Of a stretch of 64,000 nucleotides of DNA, positions 18,817 through 28,478 are shown one piece after another. The stretch lies in IMG/VR virus record IMGVR_UViG_3300019935_000002, positions 14,395 through 78,394 of that record, one strand, 5' to 3'. The notes under the pieces were generated by a model, which did not search any database, was not told where the DNA came from, and was given only the letters and a program-made list of their open reading frames with translations. This DNA comes from a virus. The first letter of the stretch is position 1. Each line of letters starts with the position of its first letter. The translations under genes and the position numbers were made by a program.

Positions 18817-18866
18817 GATGGTTCCTTAATTTGGGTTCAATTTTGCTTTAATTCTGGTTCGTAACG

Positions 18867-19130
18867 TCAGTAGATGCACCACTCATAGGCACCAGTTACT
18901 TTCTCTCCGGTCGACTCAATCTCGTACTCAACCAGAGATTTGAAGTCCTGCCCCTTCTTAGGAGGCACCACCACGTAGTTCGGCCTTCTGCATAGGACTG
19001 GGATCATCCTCTTTGGCAGCTTTACCCAAAGCAGTACGCCCACAGGTGGAAGCCCTGTGCTGAATTTTGGCTCCCAGTTGGGGTCGGACAGTGGGGCGGA
19101 TGTCCTCCATCTGTGATATGAGGCAATCAT
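18867..19130 (-). CDS. hypothetical protein
   Basis: ORF with SD. Confidence 0.6.
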   Translation of the reverse strand: MIASYHRWRTSAPLSDPNWEPKFSTGLPPVGVLLWVKLPKRMIPVLCRRPNYVVVPPKKGQDFKSLVEYEIESTGEKVTGAYEWCIY

Positions 19131-19372
19131 TTCCTTTGGTACCCGTAATGAGTAATGGCAGAGGCCAGGGTTTGGATCTCTCGGAATCCCCTGTGGAATC
19201 CATTACCCTTAATCCTTTGGGCGATCTGGTCGATTTTCTCAGCGTCCAGAGTCTCGAAGTAGTTTGCGATAAAAGAGGTTTGGGTTGATATGTCCGCCTT
19301 AGCTAGAAATTTGGCCACGCAGTCCACGTCTACCTCGTACTCTTTCATCTGGCTAACTGTAAATGTCTTCAT
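19127..19372 (-). CDS. hypothetical protein
   Basis: Start refined to MKTFTV after AGGAG. Confidence 0.7.
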   Translation of the reverse strand: MKTFTVSQMKEYEVDVDCVAKFLAKADISTQTSFIANYFETLDAEKIDQIAQRIKGNGFHRGFREIQTLASAITHYGYQRK

Positions 19373-19400
19373 CAGATCTACTCCTATCAGCAGCGCGGCG

Positions 19401-19748
19401 TTACTTCCACAAGTCACCCGACATGCAGCCAATGGTAATTTCCGATGCGAAAGCTCTCACAGTCTCTTGCTTACCCTCGGTCGTATCGGCCACCGGCTTT
19501 GACCATGCCTTGGCTGCCAATTTAGCGTGAAGGCGGGCCAGTGGGCCATAGCTGGCCAGAGCCATGTAGCCGTCCAGTGTGTCGCCTCGCTGTCTGGCTC
19601 CCATCACCGGGGCGGCCATATTGCCCAAAGCCTTGCACTCGCTGTAGGGCGAAGCTTGGGCTGGTTGCGCGGAAGCCGCTGCCATTACCGCCACGAATGC
19701 TGCAGCCAGTAACTTATTTTTCAGGCTCAATTTCTGTGCTTTGTTCAT
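19401..19748 (-). CDS. hypothetical exported protein
   Basis: Signal-peptide-like N-terminus (AQA site); start after GGAG. Confidence 0.7.
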   Translation of the reverse strand: MNKAQKLSLKNKLLAAAFVAVMAAASAQPAQASPYSECKALGNMAAPVMGARQRGDTLDGYMALASYGPLARLHAKLAAKAWSKPVADTTEGKQETVRAFASEITIGCMSGDLWK

Positions 19749-19776
19749 GGTTATTCTCCAAAGTGTAAGTAGCTTT

Positions 19777-19805
19777 ATTGTAGCCATAGGTACTGGTTTA
19801 TTCAA
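19777..19805 (-). promoter_or_regulatory. sigma70-type promoter inside 11-bp inverted repeat
   Basis: TTGAAT-17-TACAAT; arms 19782-19792 and 19806-19816. Confidence 0.7.
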
Positions 19806-19821
19806 TACCTATGGCTCATAC

Positions 19822-19857
19822 TCGATTTAGTCGATTTAGTCGATTTAGTCGATTTAG
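19822..19857. repeat. tandem repeat (TCGATTTAG)x4
   Basis: Direct reading. Confidence 0.95.
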
Positions 19858-20204
19858 TTGATCTTACTCAGGCACATACTGCGGTTCATCGCTGACATGG
19901 CGTTATCTGTTACGCCAAGCTCATGCAGAGCATCCAGAAGTGAAGGTGACATGCCTTCGGCCATCTCGATAGCACGGCTAATGTTCCCGTTGATCAGCTG
20001 CCCTGCTATGAAGTAGGCCGGATCAAGGGTTGGCTCGCTAATTCTTGATTCGATCTCACCTGAGCTGTCACATATCCACCAAGTGGTATCCGAATGCTGC
20101 AGGTAGTAGTCCGGGTGTTCCGGCAGCTGTCCTCGGTAGACAATGGTGCCGTCCTCAAGTGTAAACGCCGGTTCGTGCTGCGGAGAGAATGTAGGTTTTG
20201 TCAT
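19854..20204 (-). CDS. hypothetical protein
   Basis: ORF with AAGGT SD. Confidence 0.7.
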   Translation of the reverse strand: MTKPTFSPQHEPAFTLEDGTIVYRGQLPEHPDYYLQHSDTTWWICDSSGEIESRISEPTLDPAYFIAGQLINGNISRAIEMAEGMSPSLLDALHELGVTDNAMSAMNRSMCLSKIN

Positions 20205-20253
20205 AGGTTTTACCTTTTAAGTCTTAATTTTTAATAGGAGCGGCCTATGGCCG

Positions 20254-20685
20254 CTATTGGATGGTTGTCGGGGCTGGCAGCCTGACGACGTTATCAGGCA
20301 GCTTCTCCTCCGGGTTGCGGCCCATGAGTTGGTCGTAGCCATCAGGCTTTGCATCTGGATCAATGACCAGCTGCACTATGCGAAGGTCATTGGCATGACC
20401 GTAGGCTACAATCGCGGAGTAAGGGATCTTGACCTCGTCAGCGGGCAGCCTGACCTTAACCTCCTCGTGGCATACCTCGTGGTCATACTCCCCAATGTAA
20501 AAGCCCGATACATAGTCCCCATGGGTCTCAATCTCTTGGAGACCCGTCAGCTTAGCCAGGTCTTCTTCCGCCAAATTGAAGTAGACCACTAACCCGTCAG
20601 CGGCCATCTCCCTGATGATTGCCCGGCCTATGGCGTCATTGAATGTCTTCGGGAATTTAGAGGGTAAGTAGGGAAGTTTCTTCAT
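20254..20685 (-). CDS. hypothetical protein, weak SspB-like resemblance
   Basis: VYFNLA...VKIPYSAIVAY and NVVRL tail loosely resemble the ClpXP adaptor SspB. Confidence 0.6.
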   Translation of the reverse strand: MKKLPYLPSKFPKTFNDAIGRAIIREMAADGLVVYFNLAEEDLAKLTGLQEIETHGDYVSGFYIGEYDHEVCHEEVKVRLPADEVKIPYSAIVAYGHANDLRIVQLVIDPDAKPDGYDQLMGRNPEEKLPDNVVRLPAPTTIQ

Positions 20686-21194
20686 TAGGTCTCCTTCTCG
20701 TTGTTGGTTGGGAACCTCACAACCATGTTGAGGTTGACTAGCTCAGGGTCAAAGGCCCCATAGCCTGCAAACATGTCGACCAGTTCTTTCTCCATCAGAC
20801 TGAAATCGATATCACCGGCAGGGGATGCCCACCAAGCATAGGAGACGAAGTGCTTCTCGTTTTGAGAAGCTATCAGTCTGTCGCACATCTTCCTGATGGC
20901 AGGCGATAGGGACTTTATCGTTCCAGATTCCTCAAGGATGTCGACCTTGTGGTACAGCTCGTCATCTGACTGGCAGAAGACTATCGCTATCACCTGCCAG
21001 CTGTAGCTACCCTTTAGGATCTTGTTTGCGGTTGCCTGGGGCAGCACCACCGTCCTGTCTCTGGATCGAGATATCATCTTGGGAAGCATGGTACCGTCGG
21101 CGCACCAGAAGTTTTTGACTTGGTCTCTGATAAGGTTGTCAGCTCTCTTCCGCCGGAAGTGAGTCTTTGATTTTCTGTGTTTGGATTTAGGCAT
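20685..21194 (-). CDS. hypothetical protein
   Basis: ORF with AGGAG SD, basic N-terminus. Confidence 0.75.
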   Translation of the reverse strand: MPKSKHRKSKTHFRRKRADNLIRDQVKNFWCADGTMLPKMISRSRDRTVVLPQATANKILKGSYSWQVIAIVFCQSDDELYHKVDILEESGTIKSLSPAIRKMCDRLIASQNEKHFVSYAWWASPAGDIDFSLMEKELVDMFAGYGAFDPELVNLNMVVRFPTNNEKET

Positions 21195-21224
21195 AATTGC
21201 TCCTAGGCTGAGCCAAAGTTGTGG

Positions 21225-21455
21225 TCACCGGTGAATCATCAGGGTCTCGCCGTAGATGTGGTGACATTCATCCTCGTCCAGCCCTAAAATATCGTACAAT
21301 TTGTCGTCCTGCTCCCTGTCAGTGCAGGACATATCAACATAGAGCTGATCTGGGTCGCCTTCACGGGTAAAGCAATCAATCTGGGAGGCGACTGCCTCAA
21401 ACTGTTCAAGGCTTACCTTGATTGAGTACAGTGCGGCGGGTTCGATGCTTGTCAT
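21225..21455 (-). CDS. hypothetical acidic protein
   Basis: ORF with AGGAG SD. Confidence 0.7.
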   Translation of the reverse strand: MTSIEPAALYSIKVSLEQFEAVASQIDCFTREGDPDQLYVDMSCTDREQDDKLYDILGLDEDECHHIYGETLMIHR

Positions 21456-21481
21456 AGGTTTCTCCTATCAAAAATCCAAAT

Positions 21482-21691
21482 TCAATCGTCTGAATCTATC
21501 TCGTCATCGATCCGGTCAGCATCCCAGTAGCCTGCCAGCCACCAATGTCTTAAAGTCATTGGTGACGCTGACCTGTCTGAACGATATTGAGGCAGAGACT
21601 CCGGAGGGTAGGGGCAGGCTGATTCTGATTCGCCTACCCACCTTGACCGGATGCCTTCATAGTAGACATCCGGGTAATCTTCCGGCTTCAC
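21482..21691 (-). CDS. hypothetical protein
   Basis: GTG-start ORF; CPY...WLAGY motif. Confidence 0.55.
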   Translation of the reverse strand: MKPEDYPDVYYEGIRSRWVGESESACPYPPESLPQYRSDRSASPMTLRHWWLAGYWDADRIDDEIDSDD

Positions 21692-21694
21692 TTC

Positions 21695-22135
21695 CTAATC
21701 CAAATAGAGCAGGCCATCGGCGCCTTCATAAACATCGACGTCGCCGAACTTAACCGCTACTTCAGTTAGCCAGCTGCCGAGATCCCCCAGCCCTCTATCA
21801 AAGAACCCTGACCCGTGGCCACAGCGGGTCAGCCAGAAGTCATGGCCGAGGTTGGAGGCTTGGTCCTCCATATACTCGCGGATCTTCTCGGACACCTCCA
21901 GCTCAATAACAGAGGTGTCCAAATCCATCAGGTTATACATACCGTCTGCAGCTATCAGCATGACGCCGCAGTCTCTTTGGGCTTGGAGGACGGCAATGGG
22001 TGAGAAGTTCTCGACGGAAAACGAGGCGTCCATGGGGTTGCTATACTCATCTACGGATGCCCACAGAGCTGTGGCCAGGTATTGGTGCGTCATCTTATCG
22101 ATGTCTTTGCTGAGGTCTAGGTTAGGATGCGGCAT
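21695..22135 (-). CDS. phage hypothetical protein
   Basis: ORF with SD; GHDFWLTRxGHGxGF motif. Confidence 0.8.
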   Translation of the reverse strand: MPHPNLDLSKDIDKMTHQYLATALWASVDEYSNPMDASFSVENFSPIAVLQAQRDCGVMLIAADGMYNLMDLDTSVIELEVSEKIREYMEDQASNLGHDFWLTRCGHGSGFFDRGLGDLGSWLTEVAVKFGDVDVYEGADGLLYLD

Positions 22136-22144
22136 GGTGAACTC

Positions 22145-22720
22145 CTATTGAGCTTCTTCGGTTTCGTCTTCAGGTTCGGTCAAGGCTAAGATCGCGCCTG
22201 ACATGGCTTGGATCAGCATTGTCGACCCGTGCCCTAAGTTGCCGTAACCGCGCCAAAAAGGTGCTACTAACTTTGCCAAATCAGCAGGTGTTAAGACTTC
22301 GCGCTCAAGTAGTGTGCCTAGCAGTCTTGGGTGGAACTCTTTCCCGCACAGGATGGACAGCGCAACGGTTATATCTGGGCTGACAAACTCGGAGCTTATA
22401 TTGCCGTCCCAGCTTATGTAATCGACGCACTTAACCAACTGCTCAAAGTTGGTGACCTGTGGCAGAATGTCTGAGTGCTTCCAGCCTTTCTCAACTTTCG
22501 GCCATATAGCTTTGGCCTTGTTAAGCGCCTCTCCGTAAGTCATCGGGAACTTGGGGTACCGGTACAGGTCGATAGAGCGACCCTCAACCGAGAAATGGCC
22601 TTTGTTGAAGTCGTCGACGAAATTGATCAGGTCGTCTGCGCCTTCATGGTTAGCGAATATATCGAGTACTTCGTCGACGCTGTAGTTTACGTGTTCTTTG
22701 GTATGTTTGAGTGGTTTCAT
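22145..22720 (-). CDS. hypothetical protein
   Basis: ORF in operon. Confidence 0.75.
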   Translation of the reverse strand: MKPLKHTKEHVNYSVDEVLDIFANHEGADDLINFVDDFNKGHFSVEGRSIDLYRYPKFPMTYGEALNKAKAIWPKVEKGWKHSDILPQVTNFEQLVKCVDYISWDGNISSEFVSPDITVALSILCGKEFHPRLLGTLLEREVLTPADLAKLVAPFWRGYGNLGHGSTMLIQAMSGAILALTEPEDETEEAQ

Positions 22721-22730
22721 GTTAATGCCT

Positions 22731-23642
22731 TTAGTTTTCGGTTAGTTTGATTTGAAGAGCCTTGAACTCTTCGTCAGTTAAATCTTCGATGAACTGCTTA
22801 TCAGCCAAAACTTCCTTGCGAACCCTGTCGTTCTGCTCCGCTGGCGCCAGCATATAGTCCCTCAGCCTTTCCGTCCGGTAGCCGTGAGACTCAGGCAGGT
22901 TTTCGTAGGGTTCATCCTCTACGGAGACTTTAGGACTGGCGGACATGTCAATCAATAAGGTGGCTGGCTGATTAACCCTAAGCTGTAAGGAGAGCAATGC
23001 CGGGCGGCAGTTCAGACGTACATTCCCTAAAATATGCGGGTGGCTTATATAGCTGAGAGGAAGATTTGATCCTAACCCTGCTACGGAGGTTGTAACTTCT
23101 AAAGTGCTGCGACCTATGTCCACCTCCTTTTGCAGCTTATCAAATAAGGCTTTGGCGTGGCGTACCACTCCCTCCCTTGGGCCAAAACAAACGCTTATGA
23201 ACTGCCTGTCCGGGTCATCGATTCGCACCTTGACGTGAGTGTCGACCACTTTAAAGCCCAAGTTAGCAGGCACCGGTACACTTGCCAGGCGGTCGAACTT
23301 GAGCAGGAGTCCTAACTCATGCGTGTCTTCCGTGATGAACCCTCCCTCGGTCAGACTTTTAACATGGCGGCCAAACCTTTCCCTGGAAGCTTCAAGGTCA
23401 AGCCCCAAGTGCATAGCCCTGTGCAGGAGGTCACTGATATCAGGGTGTTGACGGCTGTAGCCTGCGATGTACAAGCCCTGCGTCTCGGGATCGGTTATAT
23501 GGTGAACCCGGTATCGAGTCTTGACCTGAACCTCTGGCTTCACGTCGTCTGCGACTGATGAGCTTACCTTGGGCCTAGTGACCCAGTAAGAGGTGAGAGC
23601 GGCGATAGTTCCTGCCGCGATCAGAAAGTCTGAAAGTTCCAT
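22731..23642 (-). CDS. hypothetical protein with N-terminal membrane anchor
   Basis: 303-aa ORF with SD. Confidence 0.75.
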   Translation of the reverse strand: MELSDFLIAAGTIAALTSYWVTRPKVSSSVADDVKPEVQVKTRYRVHHITDPETQGLYIAGYSRQHPDISDLLHRAMHLGLDLEASRERFGRHVKSLTEGGFITEDTHELGLLLKFDRLASVPVPANLGFKVVDTHVKVRIDDPDRQFISVCFGPREGVVRHAKALFDKLQKEVDIGRSTLEVTTSVAGLGSNLPLSYISHPHILGNVRLNCRPALLSLQLRVNQPATLLIDMSASPKVSVEDEPYENLPESHGYRTERLRDYMLAPAEQNDRVRKEVLADKQFIEDLTDEEFKALQIKLTEN

Positions 23643-23651
23643 GGCTGTTCC

Positions 23652-23882
23652 TCAAAATTTGCCCGACAGAACTCCCAGCAGCCCTGCCAGAGCGGTTAAT
23701 TGCAATAAAGATCCTGCCGTCCATTTCAGTGACTCTGCAGGCAAAGCCGCCCACTGCTGTAGCCGTAGCTCCGGATATTTCCACCACAGAGCCACAAGCA
23801 TAACTAAAGGCCGGTAACCTAGCAAGCGCAGGACATTGGCCATTAGCAGGGAGGAAAGGGCGGCGATGGCTACAGAGATCAC
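23652..23882 (-). CDS. hypothetical membrane protein
   Basis: Hydrophobic ORF, GTGA overlap. Confidence 0.55.
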   Translation of the reverse strand: MISVAIAALSSLLMANVLRLLGYRPLVMLVALWWKYPELRLQQWAALPAESLKWTAGSLLQLTALAGLLGVLSGKF

Positions 23883-24217
23883 TTCAGGTAGTCCATTGAG
23901 GTCTTAAGGATGTGCTCGGCTTGGCGCATCTGCCTGTCCAACTCCTTCCTTCGCAGCTCAGCTGTATGCCTTACCTCCTCAGCGGCCTGTTCTGGGCATT
24001 TAAATAGGAAGCAGGATGAAAAATCGTACTCCGCATCCCTCTCTAAGACACTGCGGAAGAGTGGGTCGCAGCTTATTGCGAATTTTGACGGTCTGTGAGC
24101 TGTCTTAACTGCTGAGAAGCCTATTCCCTGCAGCTCAGAAGACCGATTCAGCACTCCGTAAAATTTAGTGCCTATAGGGGCTTCAAGTATCTGCATAACC
24201 GCCTCCTCAGAAAACAA
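23879..24217 (-). CDS. hypothetical protein
   Basis: ORF; true start may be the downstream ATG after GAGGAGG. Confidence 0.65.
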   Translation of the reverse strand: MFSEEAVMQILEAPIGTKFYGVLNRSSELQGIGFSAVKTAHRPSKFAISCDPLFRSVLERDAEYDFSSCFLFKCPEQAAEEVRHTAELRRKELDRQMRQAEHILKTSMDYLK

Positions 24218-24273
24218 AAGTCTTCAGCTGCTGATCTTTAGGTACCCATACCACTGTCGGTTCAATCGCAGGT

Positions 24274-25008
24274 TCAGCTGTCAGGATCATCGCGGCCAGA
24301 ATTAGTGCCATGCTTAACTCCTTTAAATTTTGGAATTTTAATTTTAGTCAGCGCCACGACCATCCGCTGCATCGCGTCAGCTGTTGCGCAAGCGCCGCAC
24401 TTCTTGAAAGCCTCAGAGTTTACATCTTGTCCGCAGGGAGAGCAGATGACTCTGTCCGCTGGCGGCTGGGGTGGAGTTGGAGGCTGAGGAGGAAGGTTGG
24501 CAGGCGTCATCTTCTCCTTAAACTCTGCCTCCCTCCTGTGATAGATTTGGCCGGATTCAGTGTCTTGGTAGATGACGCGGTTCTCACCGCGAGATCGCCC
24601 TGCGCCTTTTGCTATGCCTAACACCCTGTAGATCGTGAGGTTGGCACTGTAGGTTACGTACTCAGGTAGGTTCGTGGCTGTCCCCGGTTTGATGTGCAGT
24701 CCGTCTTTAGAGAGACACACCTTAAAATCCCTGCCTTGGTTAACAACTGTAATGCGAACCTGAAGAGGTGATGTGGGTACGGTTCCGTCCCAGGATTCAG
24801 CGAAGGCGTGAGTTATTTCCTTCACTTCACCCGGCCGAATCTTGCCAATCAGGTTGGCAGACATCCGGGTGCCTAGCCCTTCCAACTTCTCTAACTTTTG
24901 TCCAGTGGTTAGCTCTGTACCCAGCAGGGACTGGGCCTCGCGCCTTAGGTAGGCTGGGACGTTCAGATCTGACGCCACCTTTTTAATAAAGCTTTCAGTT
25001 TTGGCCAT
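24274..25008 (-). CDS. hypothetical protein with DUF1653-like segment
   Basis: YRVLGIA...VIYQ...YHRREAEF pattern. Confidence 0.7.
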   Translation of the reverse strand: MAKTESFIKKVASDLNVPAYLRREAQSLLGTELTTGQKLEKLEGLGTRMSANLIGKIRPGEVKEITHAFAESWDGTVPTSPLQVRITVVNQGRDFKVCLSKDGLHIKPGTATNLPEYVTYSANLTIYRVLGIAKGAGRSRGENRVIYQDTESGQIYHRREAEFKEKMTPANLPPQPPTPPQPPADRVICSPCGQDVNSEAFKKCGACATADAMQRMVVALTKIKIPKFKGVKHGTNSGRDDPDS

Positions 25009-25009
25009 C

Positions 25010-25297
25010 CTACACCTTCAACTCTTCAAATCCATCCACCAAATTCAGAACCAGCTCATCACCCGGCAGGCTGTTATAGTAGTCCTGCACTTTTTGGACG
25101 AACGCTTCAGCCTGCTCGCCTTTTACAGCCACGCCCTCGTCCACCCACTCCTTGACGGCCTCGTTGTGGCCTTCCTCGAAGCAGAAGGTTCCGATCCAGC
25201 TAAGGTTGTATGCTGCACTCCAATAGACGAGGTGCCTTACAGGCATGTCGGCTGCGTCCAGAGCGTCAATCACGATCACGTTCACGTTCAGTTGCAT
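25010..25297 (-). CDS. hypothetical protein
   Basis: ORF with SD. Confidence 0.7.
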   Translation of the reverse strand: MQLNVNVIVIDALDAADMPVRHLVYWSAAYNLSWIGTFCFEEGHNEAVKEWVDEGVAVKGEQAEAFVQKVQDYYNSLPGDELVLNLVDGFEELKV

Positions 25298-25306
25298 AGG
25301 TTTGTC

Positions 25307-25432
25307 CTAGTTGTCTGCCATCCAGTACGTCATGTGCATAAAATGCCCGCCGAGATAGACGGGTCGTGAGGATAGCTTAGGGTTAGCTGCACCTCCTAAT
25401 GTGCAGTAGCCAAGGTACGATATCTGCGTCAT
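25307..25432 (-). CDS. small hypothetical protein (41 aa)
   Basis: Manual translation MTQISYLGYCTLGGAANPKL..., fills gap in operon. Confidence 0.4.
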   Translation of the reverse strand: MTQISYLGYCTLGGAANPKLSSRPVYLGGHFMHMTYWMADN

Positions 25433-25476
25433 GTCGAGGCCTATAGATTGTCGGAGGCCGGAGCCTCCTATTGTAG

Positions 25477-25941
25477 TTACAGCTCTACTTCACCCGAGTT
25501 GAGCTTATTCGCCAATTCTTCCGCCACTTCTCTCGGCATGTAGACTTTGCCAGCATCCTGCAGGGTGCTCTCAAATGACGCCCCCCAGGCTTGGTTAGTA
25601 TGGTCGAAATAGACGTACCACTTTCTCTCCTTAATATCAGACCACTCAGGTTCCCACCCAGGAGCATGCTCATCGACATAGGCCAGGAGACGGTTGAAGG
25701 TTCGTGCTTTTTCATAGGCAGACTTGGCCTGCTCTCTGGTCTTTCTCTCGATGCCGTAATCACGGCATCGAGAGTCGGAAGTGCCGTAGAAGGCCCCGGA
25801 AGCAGCGAAAACAAAATCCCCGTCCTCAGGCTCCCACTTCTCAATCTCAGCCTTGCCCGCCGTAGCATTCTTCAGCTCTCCGGCAACCTCCAGCAGCTCA
25901 GCTGCCTTTGCTTCCAGTTTTTCAATCAGTTCTTTTGACAT
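25477..25941 (-). CDS. hypothetical protein
   Basis: ORF with AGGAG SD. Confidence 0.75.
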   Translation of the reverse strand: MSKELIEKLEAKAAELLEVAGELKNATAGKAEIEKWEPEDGDFVFAASGAFYGTSDSRCRDYGIERKTREQAKSAYEKARTFNRLLAYVDEHAPGWEPEWSDIKERKWYVYFDHTNQAWGASFESTLQDAGKVYMPREVAEELANKLNSGEVEL

Positions 25942-25984
25942 GTTGTAACTCCTGATGCTTGTTTATGCTCACGTTTAGGTGCCT

Positions 25985-26230
25985 TCACACCCTCTTCCCG
26001 TTCACGACCACCTCAGCTTCCATATCCACTACGATGACCCGGTACTTGTTCTCACCATTGACGGCTACGTTCTGGACAGTTCCGACCGGGAACTTCATCT
26101 CCATCGTCTTCAGGAACTCGCTGGTGACGTCCTTCTTGCTATTGCCTACCGCTACGCCTTGGCCGTTATGGCGGCCCCAATAGATGCGCTCGGTCAGTGG
26201 GCTGAACATCAGCCCTGTTTGGTAAGCCAT
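25985..26230 (-). CDS. phage hypothetical protein
   Basis: Start refined to MAYQ after GAGGAG; SPLTxRIYxGR...KDVT motif. Confidence 0.75.
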   Translation of the reverse strand: MAYQTGLMFSPLTERIYWGRHNGQGVAVGNSKKDVTSEFLKTMEMKFPVGTVQNVAVNGENKYRVIVVDMEAEVVVNGKRV

Positions 26231-26240
26231 AATTTTCTCC

Positions 26241-26663
26241 TCAGCCTTTCGGCAAATCTCCGGACAAGAATTTAAGAGCCTCATCGCCTACTAACTGCGT
26301 GCTGCCGATGTTTAACTCAAGATGGTTGGACTCAGTCTTGTGCACGCAGGCCAGCAGAGCGTCCTTCCACAGACCTACGCCGCCTAAGGTCAGCTGATAG
26401 ATTCCATCCCTGACATAAACGACCGTCAGACGTCGCGCTTCTTCGCGCCCAAGGCGGAACTTAAGGAAGTAATTTAGCGGGCCTGATCGGCTAATCTGTA
26501 TCTCTGCCTTTCGCAGACCTAGCTCGGTCACGGCCTGGCGATACAGCAGGTTGTGCTCGATGTGGATTTCCTTGATAACACTGTCGATACCGTCGGCACA
26601 GGCGCGGGCTACCTCTATCTCGCTGTTGTATGCAGGGATTATTTTTAGTGTGACTGTTGCCAT
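26241..26663 (-). CDS. hypothetical protein
   Basis: ORF with SD, TGATG overlap. Confidence 0.7.
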   Translation of the reverse strand: MATVTLKIIPAYNSEIEVARACADGIDSVIKEIHIEHNLLYRQAVTELGLRKAEIQISRSGPLNYFLKFRLGREEARRLTVVYVRDGIYQLTLGGVGLWKDALLACVHKTESNHLELNIGSTQLVGDEALKFLSGDLPKG

Positions 26664-26935
26664 CAGAACCCTCCTTTAAGCTCTTCCAGTGCGCTTACAC
26701 ACCCGGCCATCTCCGCAATCTGCGTAGCCAGATCACCAGCCAGTATCATGATCTGTTTAGGCTCCCAATCCTCGAAATCAAGGTTCAGGGCCATGTTGAT
26801 ATCATCCAGCAGGGCTGTTTTGTTGCCCGCCAAATAGCTGACAATTTTGCTACCGTCCATGTGTTCTCGGAGGAAGGCAGACAGCGCTATCTGATAACAG
26901 TCGATCACCTTCTGGGTTTGTTCTGAGTATTTCAT
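26663..26935 (-). CDS. hypothetical protein
   Basis: Start refined to MKYSEQ after AGGAG. Confidence 0.7.
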   Translation of the reverse strand: MKYSEQTQKVIDCYQIALSAFLREHMDGSKIVSYLAGNKTALLDDINMALNLDFEDWEPKQIMILAGDLATQIAEMAGCVSALEELKGGF

Positions 26936-26939
26936 AGGG

Positions 26940-27113
26940 TTACTCCTGTTTCTCTTTTTTGATGCGCTCGAAGATCTCTTGTCGGTGCACCTCGACCTCC
27001 CGAGGCGCACTTACACCGATACGAACCTGGCAGCCGTTAACCTCCAGAACCTTTACCGCTACGTCATCACCAATCATGATAGTTTCGCCAATGCGTCGAG
27101 TTAGAATAAGCAT
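26940..27113 (-). CDS. csrA: carbon storage regulator CsrA/RsmA homologue (57 aa)
   Basis: Missed by ORF track. [57 protein letters not shown]. Confidence 0.96.
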   Translation of the reverse strand: MLILTRRIGETIMIGDDVAVKVLEVNGCQVRIGVSAPREVEVHRQEIFERIKKEKQE

Positions 27114-27155
27114 TTTATTTACCTTTTATTGAGTTTGTGGGTTGTGGTTTGTCGC

Positions 27156-27368
27156 TTAGTTTTGGTTCGGTTGCTTACCTGGGTCAGGTAATTCAATCGA
27201 GTTTTCCAGCACTGCAGACAGCATCGAGCCTACCTGTGCCCTTGAATCCTGCAGGTCTTCGTTGCCTTTACGGGCGATGGCCTTCTGGATGCGGTCTGTC
27301 TGGAAGCTTACGCTGCCCGCTACATCGGACAGGTTTTCGGCTAGGTCTCGGAGACCTACGACCTTCAT
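27156..27368 (-). CDS. hypothetical protein
   Basis: ORF with GAGG SD. Confidence 0.55.
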   Translation of the reverse strand: MKVVGLRDLAENLSDVAGSVSFQTDRIQKAIARKGNEDLQDSRAQVGSMLSAVLENSIELPDPGKQPNQN

Positions 27369-27445
27369 CGCCTCGCTAAGGTAGGCTAACTCTCTAGCGT
27401 TATCACGCTAGAGTTTCCATCGCGTCGAAGGTTTCGTTGATATAG

Positions 27446-27937
27446 TCACTCATCAGCAATCTCTCCGCTAAGCTCGAAGCTAATGCCCTCTTCTGCCTCG
27501 AAAAGGTCTCGGGCAATGTCAGCCAGCTCTTTTGACAATTTGGTGTTACCTACCCGCTCAAGGTGGATGGACAGCCCGTGCAGATTTTCTGAGCAGTTGG
27601 ACACTGTTGACAGGTGCTGATCGATTTTTGAGGGTGCTGGAATGAACTCCACCTTGAAATCAAAGCAGGCGTCGGTTCCGGCGCGAACGAGCTCCATCTT
27701 GCAGATCTTCTCTGCAATACCCTCCTTAACCAGCAGGTCAGCTGCCTGATCCTCTACGGGCTCGAACATGTCGCACCGGAACCAGGCATCTGCCCCTGCC
27801 CCTACATTCGCCTTAGCTGAGCTTTGCAGGCTTGTAGAGCAAAAGTGAAAATGAGGGTGACCGGATAGTGGGGCTACAGTCACGATTACTGATTTGGTTT
27901 CTTTCTGGTTTGCTGGGTCTTTCTTAGGATTGGTCAT
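27446..27937 (-). CDS. hypothetical protein
   Basis: ORF with GAGGT SD. Confidence 0.7.
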   Translation of the reverse strand: MTNPKKDPANQKETKSVIVTVAPLSGHPHFHFCSTSLQSSAKANVGAGADAWFRCDMFEPVEDQAADLLVKEGIAEKICKMELVRAGTDACFDFKVEFIPAPSKIDQHLSTVSNCSENLHGLSIHLERVGNTKLSKELADIARDLFEAEEGISFELSGEIADE

Positions 27938-28478
27938 TCATCACCTCTACAAATTTCTCAAGTTCAATTCTCAGGGCGGTGGGTTTGTCGTCCTCGTATC
28001 CTCCGTCCATGCCCATACGGATATTGCCGTTCAGGCAATACTCGGCCATGTCCACTACCGTAGACTTAGCTTCCTCACTGAGCGAATCCCAGGCAGTCTC
28101 AGGCGAGCCTTCCTTCCCAAGCTTACCCACCAGCCACTCGGCCATAGCCTCAGTGTTAACCATGGCGATAGTTTCTGTCTGGTCGTCATGGTCATCCACA
28201 ATCCGACGAACTACCTCCCATCCATCCGCGCAAGGGCTGTAGCTGTATGTCGTAAGGTCATCTCCGTGGCGAGACTGTATGGCCCGTTCGCACTCCTCCC
28301 AACGCTCAGGGTGAAGATCTGCTCGGTCGACCTTGGCCTTTGCCATAGTCTCAGACATGTGACTGGTGCAGAGGATTATCGCCTCCTCTCGCGTCATATC
28401 GGTATGAGTGAAATCCTCCACCACATCGCTGAAACGGGCATAGAGTCCGTCGGGTTGTTTTACAATTCGCCAAGCCAT
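27924..28478 (-). CDS. hypothetical protein
   Basis: Start refined to MAWRIV after GAGGAG. Confidence 0.75.
   Translation of the reverse strand: MAWRIVKQPDGLYARFSDVVEDFTHTDMTREEAIILCTSHMSETMAKAKVDRADLHPERWEECERAIQSRHGDDLTTYSYSPCADGWEVVRRIVDDHDDQTETIAMVNTEAMAEWLVGKLGKEGSPETAWDSLSEEAKSTVVDMAEYCLNGNIRMGMDGGYEDDKPTALRIELEKFVEVMNDQS

Noticed and set aside
26936-27010. N-terminal extension of ORF 26663-27010
   Set aside because: Overlaps csrA in another frame; SD supports start at 26935
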